A stretch of DNA of 64,000 nucleotides from Eledone cirrhosa (taxonomy: Eukaryota): contig OZ024740.1 of assembly GCA_964016885.1 (NCBI GenBank), positions 192,324,001-192,388,000 of the forward strand, given 5' to 3'. The notes under the pieces were generated by a model, which saw nothing but the letters and a program-made list of their open reading frames with translations, searched no databases and was not told the origin of the DNA. This document shows, one piece after another, positions 14,279-26,546 of this stretch; the first letter of the stretch is position 1, and each line of letters opens with the position of its first letter. Both the position numbers and the translations under genes were made by a program.

Positions 14279-14402
14279 CCCAGCAAGCATGCCTTTCGAG
14301 GGCGACCGGCTAAGATAGAGGGTGCAAGATAGCGGTCGCCCTCGGGTCCTCGATGTTCAGCCCCATGGATTTTATCTATTACATTCACGTATTATATTTC
14401 GA

Positions 14403-14460
14403 ATACCTGATGATATCACCGGATTCATACGGAACCCGGTCTTTGAAATGATCATAGTAT
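14403..14460 (+). ncRNA. Type I hammerhead in a solo pseudo-LTR (about 14273-14510)
   Basis: atac CTGATGA ..accgg/ccggt.. GAAA tgatca TA gtat; stem III is the palindrome ATGATCAT. Confidence 0.8.
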
Positions 14461-14506
14461 AATAAACCTTTCAAGGATTTACACAAATCCAGACTCCTGT
14501 CATTTC

Positions 14507-14576
<70 letters not shown>

Positions 14577-14581
<5 letters not shown>

Positions 14582-16207
14582 TATGAAGAGAGAAGAAACA
14601 TTTAGATATAATTAGTAATAAAGTGTATCATACCTAAACTGCTCCTAAATTCCTCGACTACGTAGTTTCGTGGCATAAACAAAAACAATATATCATAAAG
14701 ATATAGAGTCCTTGCGAGGTCTGCCGACTTATCAAGAGGATACCTCATTTTACTAGTCTCAAGAACGCGTCTACACGACGTGAGAAAGAATCCCAAAAGG
14801 CGGAGGGGGAGATAGTCACGCGATATAACGGTCGAGAAACAGAGCTAAGCCTCCTATAACCACGAAGAAAATACCACGGAGGCGGAGGGGGTATTCATAT
14901 CGAGGCCGTAGAAGAGGTGGTGAAGAAGGCGAGAAGTATGAGTAATGGAAGCTTTCCAGTTGTCCCCACACTTCAAAGATTGCTCGACCAGAGGGAGTTA
15001 TTAACAATATATTTAGAAACAAACAGATACATGCGGACACACACATATATACATGAATGCATCCGCACCCAACTGTGAGTTAAGGGTGCCAACTTCACCG
15101 ATGTTGCTCAATGAATGACTGGGACAGACCAATTCAGTTGAACTAGACTGAACCAGTATCAGAGTTAAAAATACATTATGAAGAGAGAAGAAACATTTAG
15201 ATATAATTAGTAATAAAGTGTATCATACCTAAACTGCTCCTAAATTCCTCGACTACGTAGTTTCGTGGCATAAACAAAAACAATATATCATAAAGATATA
15301 GAGTCCTTGCGAGGTCTGCCGACTTATCAAGAGGATACCTCATTTTACTAGTCTCAAGAACGCGTCTACACGACGTGAAGAAGAATCCCAAAAGGCGGAG
15401 GGGGAGATAGTCACGCTATATAACGGTCGAGAAACAGAGCTAAGCCTCCTATAACCACGAAGAAAATACCACGGAGGCGGAGGGGGTATTCATATCGAGG
15501 CCGTAGAAGAGGTGGTGAAGAAGGCGAGAAGTATGAGTAATGGAAGCTTTCCAGTTGTCCCCACACTTCAAAGATTGCTCGACCAGAGGGAGTTATTAAC
15601 AATATATTTAGAAACACACAGATACATGCGGACACACACAGATATACATGAATGCATCCGCACCCAACTGTGAGTTAAGGGTGCCAACTTCACCGATGTT
15701 GCTCAATGAATGACTGGGACAGACCAATTCAGTTGAACTAGACTGAACCAGTATCAGAGTTAAAAATACATTATGAAGAGAGAAGAAACATTTAGATATA
15801 ATTAGTAATAAAGTGTATCATACCTAACGTGCTCCTAAATTCCTCGACTACGTAGTTTCGTGGCATAAACAAAAACAATATATCATAAAGATATAGAGTC
15901 CTTGCGAGGCCTGCCGACTTATCAAGAGGATACCTCATTTTACTAGTCTCATGAACGCGTCTACACGACGTGAGAAAGAATCCCAAAAGGCGGAGGGGGA
16001 GATAGTCACGCGATATAATGGTCGAGAAACAGAGCTAAGCCTCCTATAACCACGAAGAAAATACACGGAGGCGGAGGGGGTATTCATATCGAGGCCGTAG
16101 AAGAGGTGGTGAAGAAGGCGAGAAGTATGAGTAATGGAAGCTTTCCAGTTGTCCCCACACTTCAAAGATTGCTCGACCAGAGGGAGTTATTAACAATATA
16201 TTTAGAA
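14577..16207 (-). repeat. 595-bp tandem repeat (about 2.7 units), one variant hammerhead per unit
   Basis: Unit starts at 14577, 15172 and 15767; HHRs at 14651-14740, 15246-15335 and 15841-15930. Confidence 0.92.
14651..14740 (-). ncRNA. Variant hammerhead (UUGAUAA core, GUC site)
   Basis: tcctc TTGATAA gtcggca...tgccac GAAA ctacgtag TC gagga; stem III is the palindrome ACTACGTAGT. Confidence 0.8.
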
Positions 16208-16445
16208 TATATAGTTTTCCGAGGTTTTTATATGAAATCGTGTGTCGAAACAAATATTGTTATACTTGGGGAGGGTCATATTTGTGTAATATTGCCAGAA
16301 TTAATAACAGAACACACTCACTGTTTTGTTGGTTTTCGCTTTTCGCTTCTGTGTCTTTTATATCGGTAATCTAATTTATTCGGTCCTCAATGTTGCCATT
16401 GACTGACCGACGGTCAAAAATAATACACATGCAATATAGACACAA
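16208..16445 (-). mobile_element. PLE 3'-end fragment related to the 7.9-kb element
   Basis: gaaatcgtgtgtcgaaac...ttgttatacttggggagggtcat resembles 7968-8013. Confidence 0.6.
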
Positions 16446-16474
16446 ACACATATATATACATATATATTTATATT

Positions 16475-16522
<48 letters not shown>

Positions 16523-16527
<5 letters not shown>

Positions 16528-17818
16528 ATAATAAATTTGAAGACTAAAGTCCAAAGAGGGCTCGATAAGGATAAATATATATCAAATATATAAGACTCGT
16601 AGAGCATAAATTTATTAAAATAACACATTAACGTTTAAGCAAAGAATCGCTGCTTTCACCCTTAACGGTATCTTCTGAAACTAACAAAGTCAATCTGTGA
16701 ACACAGAAGTATATATTTCAAAAAACCTTGCAACCAGAGGAAGACAAGAAGATGATACTTTGGTTCGTGGAAACGTTCCCTGGCAAAGAACGGGAAAAAA
16801 AAACTAATATAAAACGTCATTATTTGGAGCGGTTAAAAACAATTGCACGCAAAGACAAAACCACGTTCATGGTATAAAAGAAGTCGTAGACTAATATTCT
16901 CATAGGTGATTCATAGAGACGTTCTCTGGCAATGAACGGAAAAAACGATGGTAATACGTCATATATGGAGCGTGGAGAACAATTGCACGCAAAGACAAAA
17001 CCACATAAATGGCATAACTGAAGTTGTAGACTAAATTTCTAACTAGGATACCGAATGATACTCGGCTTCAGAGTTAAGAATAAAGTAAATAAAATACAGA
17101 GGTAATTGAAATTAAATAAATACATACACCTCATCCATATACGTACATACACAAGCATACGCGAAAAACTCGCCATAGGTATACAAAAACACGCACATAT
17201 AAATATGTGTGTGTGTGTTCGTGTATACAAATAATTAAATAAACGTATATAAATAAATATATACGTATATAACAAGCGCACACACATATCTTGCGTGTAT
17301 GTATTTATTTAATTTCAATTACCTCTGTATTTTATTTACTTTATTCTTAACTCTGAAGCCGAGTATCACTCGGTTTCCTAGTTAGAATTTTAGTCCACGA
17401 CTTCAGTTATACCATTTATGTGGTTTTGTCTTTGCGTGCAAAAATGTTCTCCACGCTCCACATATGACGTATTATCTTCGTTTTTTCCGTTCATTGCCAG
17501 AGAACGTCTCTATGAACCACCTATGAGAATATTAGTCTACGACTTCTTTTATACCATAAACATGGTTTTGTCTTTGCGTGCAATTGTTTTTCACCGCTCC
17601 AAATAATGACGTATTATATTCGTTTTTCCCCTGTTCTTTGCCAGGGAACGTTTCCACGAACCAAAGTATCGTCTTCTTGTCTTCCTCCGGTTGCAAGGTT
17701 TTTTTAAATATTCATTTCTGCGTTCACAGATTGACTTTGTTAGTTTCAGAAGATCCCGTTAAGGGTGAAAGCAGCGATTCTTTGCTTAAACTTTAATCTG
17801 TTATTTTAATAAATATAT
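16523..17818. mobile_element. PLE-type inverted insertion (same family as 10714-11145)
   Basis: About 520-bp inverted arms at about 16610-17133 and 17295-17818; variant HHRs at 16632-16682(-) and 17742-17792(+); tail at 16523-16609. Confidence 0.85.
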
Positions 17819-17823
17819 ATATA

Positions 17824-19362
17824 CTGATGAGGGACTTATTTTATTACATGTTACCATGTGCTACCTGCAGTATTTTTCTCTATATTTTAATACATATATT
17901 TACCACTGCGATTCTGTGTTTTTTTCTCTCTCTCTTACTGTTCCCCCATTCTCTCTGTTTCTCCCCCTCTGTCTTGTCCGTTAACTCTTCCTCACACTTT
18001 CACTCACTCACTGTTTTTCTCCCTCTTCTTTTCATTTCATCCTGCACTCACGAACGCTATTTTTTCTCTCTCTGCTCAATAGCTTTCGTTCGTGTTGGTA
18101 CTATTCTCTAAGCTCTCACATATTCACCTAGCTTATGCTAAACGAATAATTTTTGAAGCTTGTTTCTCCCCTAAGGTATGCTATATTTTCTGTTGTTCTC
18201 CTGTCTCACTCGCTTTACGCGTTTTAATTGTCCTAATAACTTATTTTGGTTATTATTGCACCGAAGTGAGATATATGATTTTTAATGCAATGAAATATCT
18301 ATGATCTTCGGCAAATCACTGATGAGGGACTTATTTTATTACATGTTACCATGTGCTACCTGCAGTATTTTTCTCTATATTTTAATACATATATTTACCA
18401 CTGCGATTCTGTGTTTTTTTCTCTCTCTCTTACTGTTCCCCCATTCTCTCTGTTTCTCCCCCTCTGTCTTGTCCGGTAACTCTTCCTCACACTTTCACTC
18501 ACTCACTGTTTTTCTCCCTCTTCTCTTCATTTCATCCTGCACTCACGAACGCTATTTTTTCTCTCTCTGCTCAATAGCTTTCGTTCGTGTTGGTACTATT
18601 CTCTAAGCTCTCATATATTCACCTAGCTTATGCTAAACGAATAATTTTTGAAGCTTGTTTCTCCCCTAAGGTATGCTATATTTTCTGTTGTTCTCCTGTC
18701 TCACTCGCTTTAAGCGTTTTAATTGTCCTAATAACTTATTTTGGTTATTATTGCACCGAAGTGAGATATATGATTTTTAATGCAATGAAATATCTATGAT
18801 CTTCGGCAAATCACTGATGAGGGACTTATTTTATTACATGTTACCATGTGCTACCTGCAGTATTTTTCTCTATATTTTAATACATATATTTACCACTGCG
18901 ATTCTGTGTGTTTTTCTCTCTCTCTTACTGTTCCCCCATTCTCTCTGTTTCTCCCCCTCTGTCTTGTCCGTTAACTCTTCCTCACACTTTCACTCACTCA
19001 CTGTTTTTCTCCCTCTTCTCTTCATTTCATCCTGCACTCTCGAACGCTATTTTTTTCTCTCTCTGCTCAATAGCTTTCGTTCGTGTTGGTACTATTCTCT
19101 AAGCTCTCATATATTCACCTAGCTTATGCTAAACGAATAATTTTTGAAGCTTGTTTCTCCCCTAAGGTATGCTATATTTTCTGTTGTTCTCCTGTCTCAC
19201 TCGCTTTACGCGTTTTAATTGTCCTAATAACTTATTTTGGTTATTATTGCACCGAAGTGAGATATATGATTTTTAATGCAATGAAATATCTATGATCTTC
19301 GGCAAATCACTGATGAGGGACTTATTTTATTACATGTTACCATGTGCTACCTGCAGTATTTT

Positions 19363-19363
<1 letters not shown>
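17824..19363 (+). repeat. 495-bp tandem repeat (about 3.1 units) with an atypical hammerhead-core motif
   Basis: CTGATGAGGG at 17824, 18319, 18814 and 19310; non-coding; flanked by (TA)n. Confidence 0.93.
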
Positions 19364-19396
<33 letters not shown>

Positions 19397-19400
19397 GATT

Positions 19401-19462
<62 letters not shown>

Positions 19463-19475
19463 TAGATAGATATAT

Positions 19476-20608
19476 CTACCAAAAGTTTACGGTAGTGTCC
19501 AATCCGTATGAAGAACTCAATGTAATCTGGATATCATGAATAGAGAAGATGCATTCAAAAACTACTTTCGGTGAAAAATAAACGGAAAACAGAGTCAAGA
19601 TAAATTAATAAAATAATGAATAAACAAAGAAACAGTTCCTTATATTAAAAAAATTCATCATTTTACGATCGTTTCTAGGATATATATGTGTTAGAGTTGG
19701 TATGCATATTCTATAGATCTATGTACAATATTTATACAAACTATCAGAGGGAATATACATACTTACACATATATATGCTGTCTTCAGAAATAATGATATT
19801 TGTTTATTGAAAAAAACAAAGATTCAATACAATAGGTCTGTTTGGGAACAGGTTTTGAATTGACCAATAGAGAGATAGTGTGGGCCAGGATAGTAATATA
19901 GTAGTAGAAGAACCTTAAATTATGGGTAGAGGAAGGTAGATTTCAGTTTTCGATGGAAAAGAATATTATGAATGAAGGATTATTTTAGGGAAGAAATAGG
20001 TCTTATGCTGACCTCAGAAATAATCTTATTTTTTCATTGAATAAAACCAACAAAGATCTAATATATTCTGTCTGTTTGGTAATAGGTTTAGAATTAACCA
20101 ATAGAAAGTTAATAATTGGCCAAATGGTAAAATAGTAGTAATTGAAGCTTATTTTAGAGGTGAAAATAGGTCAGGTGGTCAGTAAAAGGTATACAAGCAG
20201 TTGCTGTTATAAAATAGTAATGCCAATACAAATATCTAAGGTGACTAAAGTTTTAAGATAAGAATGTTAGTGAAAAAAATACATCTATGAAAAGAATATA
20301 AATTAATTTAATTGATGGGTATATTTATATTGATAAAATTATACTAATACATATAGATATGATAAATAAGAGTTAGATGCAGTTGAAAAGTGCTGTTAAA
20401 GATGAGGGGAAATTAAAAGAATATAAAATAATATATATATATATATACTCATACATATATATATATATACATATATATACACATACACACACATATATAT
20501 ATATATATATCTATATATACACTCATATATATACATATATATACATATATATACACATACACACACACACACACATACACACATATATATATATACATAT
20601 ATATATAT

Positions 20609-20659
<51 letters not shown>

Positions 20660-21709
20660 GATACATATATGCACATATACATACATACACATACATTTAC
20701 ACACACATATACACTTATATATACATATAATTATTGGGGGGGGATTAAATTTATTAGTGAGAAATAGTAAATATATATAGTTTTCAAGGAACATAGAGTC
20801 ATAACCTGAAGTTAAAGCATTATATATGTTTACTTAATGGTATCAGTTTTAGGAAATGATATTTGTAAGAAGGAAAGCAAAATTATGTAGTTGATCAGTA
20901 GTAGAATATTAATTATAGGTTAACTGAATTAAAAATAGTTTATATATTAATTTCAAAACTGTATATTAATTAGGTTTATAATTTTTAAAGCAGAATTATG
21001 TAGTTCATCAGTAGTATAATATTAATTATAGGTTAACTAAATTTAAAAAATAATTTATAAATTAATTTCTAAAGTTGAAATAATGAAATCTAAGGATATC
21101 CTATTAAATAAGCGACAGGAATTAATAATATCGTGTAATCATAAACTGAGAAAAACCTTTAAATATTATAAACCTAATTAATATACACTTTAGAAATTAA
21201 TTTATAAATTATTTTTTAAATTTAGTTAACCTATAATTAATATTCTACTACTCATGAACTACATAATTCTGCTTTAAAAATTATAAACCTAATTAATATA
21301 CACTTTTGAAATTAATATATTAAGTATTTTTAATTTAGTTAAACTATAATTAATATTCTACTACTGATGAACTAAATAATTTTGCTTTCCTTCTTACAAA
21401 TATCATTTCCTAAAACTGATACCATTAAGTAAACATATATAATGCTTTAACTTCAGGTTATGACTCTATGTTCCTTTAAAACTATATATATTTTCTATTT
21501 CTCACTAATAAATGTAATCCCCCCCCCCCCAATAATTATATGTATATATAAGTGTATATGTGTTTGTAAATGTATGTGTATGTATATGTGCATGTATATA
21601 TCTATGTATATATATATATATATGTGTATATATATGTATATGTATATATATATATATGTGTGTATGTGTGTGTGTATGTGTATATATATGTATATATATG
21701 AGTGTATAC

Positions 21710-21747
<38 letters not shown>

Positions 21748-22086
21748 ATGTGTATATATATATATGTATATATATATATGTATGAGTATATATATAGCAC
21801 TTTTCATCTGCATCTAACTCTTATTTATCATATCTATATGTATTAGTATAATTTTATCAATATAAATATACCCATCAATTAAATTAATTTATATTCTTTT
21901 CATAGATGTATTTTTTTCACTAACATTCTTATCTTAAAACTTTAGTCACCTTAGATATTTGTATTGGCATTACTATTTTATAACAGCAACTGCTTGTATA
22001 CCTTTTACTGACCACCTGACCTATTTTCACCTCTAAAATAAGCTTCAATTACTACTATTTTTACCATTTGGCCAATTATTAACTTT
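19476..22086 (-). mobile_element. PLE 3' region with HHR and a large internal palindrome
   Basis: Terminus homologous to 58908-59250; HHR at 19657-19797; inverted arms at 20105-21075 and 21188-22086. Confidence 0.75.
19657..19797 (-). ncRNA. Type I hammerhead with extended stem II
   Basis: ttt CTGAAGA [about 110-nt arm, atatatatgtgt/acacatatatat] GAAA cgatcg TA aaa; stem III is ACGATCGT. Confidence 0.7.
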
Positions 22087-22629
22087 GTTATTATTGTACA
22101 TGTAACAATATATTTATAACACCTAAAGCCTGCCTCTACTTTTTTTGTGTTATTGTATGTACGTTTATATGGTTCATATATTTCACACGTGTGCGTGCGC
22201 AGAGTGGTATACCCACACTATTAAGGAGTCTCATTAGGTCAGTCACTACACTGGTAAACTGAAGCACAGTCACACAAACTCTCGTACATAATACTATATT
22301 GACAGTAGCCCTTCACTCACATCACACTCCCACAACTTCATTCACGAAAACAAGCATACACAAAGAATTATACACATATAAAACATGAGAACTACTTTAC
22401 AAAGTATATTTCCCTGCTTCTTATTATTTGATATATGAGTGTCATTGTTATCTGCATTTGTATAATGTTTGACTGACAACATACATGTTATAATCCAATA
22501 AATCAAAACGATTTCCTATGCTTTTACTCTTATATATATTTCTTTGTTGTTATCGCTCTCATTCTATACTCCGATGATTGACTAACATCAGGATCCCTGA
22601 GAAACTTTCGCTAACATACCAAGCTTCAA

Positions 22630-24620
22630 TTCTTCTTTTTCTTCTTCATCTTCATCTTCATCTTCATCTACTTCATCTTCTTTGTCCGTATATTCCTGAA
22701 AGGGTCGTGGGCGAAGATTTCTCAAACACTCCTTCCAACCGATCCTGACAGAAGCAACCGTTTCAATTGATCTGGGTGGATCCACAAGCGAAACCGACCG
22801 AGCTCATGGATGTTATCAAGCTATTTAGCTCAGCGTCTACGACTTGGTGTTCTGCCGCTTAGTTTTGCACCTTCTGTCTAGTTAAATAATACAATGTGGT
22901 TCACACATTGCAGCCGAATGATTTTATACCCGCCAGTTGTGATACCTCTTCAAACCCCGCTTCCCAAGTCAATATTGTTCCAGAAGGTTTGAGGTAAGCA
23001 CACTTGGTGGAGACATAACAAGGAGCTATAGCTATAATTGGAGCAAGCTCTCTTGTCTCCCCTTTTTAAAATTGAGATTATCACTCACAATTGTCGTTGC
23101 ATAAGTGTTATTGCAGAGATCCATGCCACTCTGCACACATGAGTGAGTGTGAGAATACATTCTCTGTGTTAGTCTTTTAAAACACCTCGGACCGAATGTT
23201 TTCCTTCCTAGCAGCCTTGCCACATTCGTGTTCTTTTTTTGTTCTCCTGCCCTCAGCCTTCCAGAGATTAGCCAGAGCTCCCAAATGCACTTCGTATACA
23301 CCACAATATTCTATTGTGGTCGTGTGTACGAGATCAGCAATGTATTCTATCCACCTCTGAAGAGAGGACAACCACAGTTGCAACTCTAATAGCATGTGTG
23401 GAGCAGGACTACTTTTTACTAAGGCGTCGGTTAGTCTGCCAGTAACATTTATGCTTGACTGTAATCGGATTCCAGTTTAACAACAAAATCAGCCCATGTC
23501 TAAACTTTGGACGCATTTACTGTCTCTACTGCGATTCTTCGTGCCTGATTGTACTGCAAGTGCAAGAAAGACGACTTATTTCCAAGCCAAGGTTTATAGG
23601 TCTCCTTCTTTGACTTTATAATTAAAACAAATGGTCCTCTTACCATCCAGTGTCACACAAAGCATATAACAACTGAAGCAGAAGCAAAAGGGCTGAACAA
23701 TCACCACTCTGTTTCAGCACCCTCAATTTGTTCAGATCATTCTCTGAATTTGCATGCAATAATATCTGCATAACTGATCCTGACTTCTTTATCCAGCAAC
23801 TTCTACAGCTTATGTAGGCCGACCTCGACCTGTCAGTTTTATGGGCTTCTTTGGCTTTAGTCATTATTAAGTTGCAGATAACTAGATGAAAGTTAGTTGA
23901 AAGCTCAGGCCCTGAAAAGGATAGAAGAGATCAGAGATAATAACCAAATATAATTATTTATCTCATTTCCTGTTTCCCCTTATTCCATGAAGATTTATGG
24001 ATGTTCCTGTCCTGAAGAAGATATTCATAATAAATGGTCCATTGCTACAACAGATGTATAATAAAGTATCTCCATTCATAATGAGGTCGCGATCACCGTT
24101 TCATCCAATCACTCCTTTCCATGTCCAGTGATCAGTGCCAGCATATGCATTGAAGTCTCCCATTAAGTTACATGACCCAGTCTTAACTACACCTAACGCT
24201 GCAGTGACTTCATCAAGTAAGGATCTGTATTCGAACTCCTTACTTGTTGCATAAACTTGCACCACCCGCAGAGAAATATTTTTCAGCCTAAATTTCATGA
24301 GGCAAATCCTCTATCCTAATAGTATCCGGTCCAGCACACATTCTAACAGCGGGATACTTGAGTATCCCCATGCATATCTGTTTAATCATTTGTGGCGATA
24401 TACCTGAATAGTGGACATTCTATTCTCCATCCAAATCTACGGTACCAGAACCATGAAACATTGTTGAGGAAAACCTGCCTATATCTCGCCGAGTTTGAGA
24501 AAGTACCAGAATGGTGAATGGCACGAAAAAAACCACCATAACGGCAATACGGTGAGAAGTGAAAAACCAAACCAACCACACCGCATCGTTCTTCGCACGT
24601 TAACAAGAGACGCATTCAAG
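22630..24620 (-). mobile_element. Highly degraded APE-type LINE (RTE-like)
   Basis: VVQVYAT...LMGDFNAYAG...WKGVIG endonuclease motif at 24101-24298; (GAA/GAT)n tail near 22630-22680; boundaries approximate. Confidence 0.65.
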
Positions 24621-24894
24621 CCTGAGGTAGCCGGGCCTATTTGAACAATATATTACAGTCTCTATTTTACGCAGTAAAAAGCTGGCAATAAGCTTACGAA
24701 ATGTCCTGGGAGTGTGTGGGATAGAATCTCAAAGATTGCATATCACGAAACTTCGAGGGCGCAAACTTTCCATGATAATTCGAACTTGGAACATCACAAC
24801 CCTCACAGGATAATAGCAAGAGCTAGAGGAGTGGGCTAGCTGGAAACAAATGAGACGGAAACATAGAGGAGTAAAGCAAGATTTCGCTTAATGA

Positions 24895-24960
<66 letters not shown>

Positions 24961-24969
24961 TAGATAGAT

Positions 24970-24983
<14 letters not shown>

Positions 24984-25002
<19 letters not shown>

Positions 25003-26200
25003 TGTTTCTTTTATTTGCCACTAGGGCATCAAAAGTGGGACAAGTACAAAGGGGGAGTTTACACAAAAAGGCGTCCTCAATAAGGAGAAGGCAATAACAA
25101 AATATAAAAATAAAATAAGATATAACAAAAAATAAAATTTATAACAAAATCCTCAATAGAGAGGAGGCGCCTTGGTGGGTGGGGGTGGTTGGGGGGGGTC
25201 GCACACACCCCCGAAAAAAGTGTGCAACCCTTCTCCTCAGGAGCACAGAGAAGGGGTGCTCCCTTGGTCTTTCATCTTCCTCACCTATAGTCTGATGTAG
25301 AGTGAAGGCCCATTCGCACGGGCCATTCTCGCCACTTTCACCCATCTTTCATAGAAACGGCTGGGGTGCAGCACCTCTCTCTCCATCCTGATCCTTCTTC
25401 CGAAATGATATCGGAAGAAACGGACCAGTTGTTGGCCAGAGAGAAAGGTGCCTGACCTCAGTCCTTTCAGACGCGTCCACCACACAACCTCTTTCGCCAT
25501 GGCTATTACACACAGAAACACCGCCTCTGCTTCATCTTTGAAGGGGGGAGGCGGCTTGATCATTACAATAGACTCGGTGGTCAACCGGATCGGTCCCACC
25601 CTTGACAGCAGTTGTTCGACATAGCCCCACAGATCGGCTACGCCCGAGCAGTGTACCAATGCGTGTGCAACGGTTTCCTCGTCGCACACGCATCTGGGAC
25701 AGATCTTTTTGGCGGGGTCCCTACCCGGGATAGATAGATAGATAGATAGATAGATATGTTTCTTTTATTTGCTACTAGGGCATCAAAAGTGGGACAAGTA
25801 CAAAGGGGGGAGTTTACACAAAAAGGCGTCCTCAATAAGGAGGAGGCAATAACAAAATATAAAAATAAAATAAGATATAACAAAAAATAAAATTTATAAC
25901 AAAATCCTCAATAGAGAGGAGGCGCCTTGGGGGATCGCACACACCCCCGAAAAAAGTGTGCAACCCTTCTCAGGAGCACAGAGAAGGGGTGCTCCCTTGG
26001 TCTTTCATCTTCCTCACCTATAGTCTGATGTAGAGTGAAGGCCCATTCACACGGGCCATTCTCGCCACTTTCACCCATCTTTCATAGAAACGGCTGGGGT
26101 GCAGCACCTCTCTCTCCATCCTGATCCTTCTTCCGAAATGATATCGGAAGAAACGGACCAGTTGTTGGCCAGAGAGAAAGGTGCCTGACCTCAGTCCTTT
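24984..26200 (-). mobile_element. Two tandem 3' fragments of a Tx1/L1-like LINE abutting (GATA)n
   Basis: CPRC..ETVAHALVHC knuckle and AKEVVWWTRLKGL, homologous to 54330-54748; copies at 24984-25728 and 25757-26200 end AATAAAagaaac then (ATCT)n. Confidence 0.85.
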
Positions 26201-26202
26201 AT

Positions 26203-26287
<85 letters not shown>

Positions 26288-26546
26288 CAGTATTTTCCGT
26301 TGTGTTGTAATATAAATATTACACACAGTAGATTATCAGCTCACGTAGAGTTTGCTCGACGGTTCCAGTTGTAGTTCCAAAAGTAATCCGGAGAAAAATA
26401 GAAAGATTTGAATGGATACAGTTTAGTTGAAAGGAATTTCTTGACACGTGTTTCTATAACAGTTACATAACCTAAAACAGCTAATTTGACTATAGTTTTC
26501 CTAGCTTCTAATATAATCTTAATTTCATCTCAATTTAAACTCTGGT

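Noticed and set aside
18265-18305. SECIS element (GUGAG...UGAU quartet)
   Set aside because: Helix II geometry does not fit and there is no upstream selenoprotein ORF.
22086-22587. Solo LTR (TGTTA...TAACA with AATAAA)
   Set aside because: No target-site duplication, PBS/PPT or second copy.
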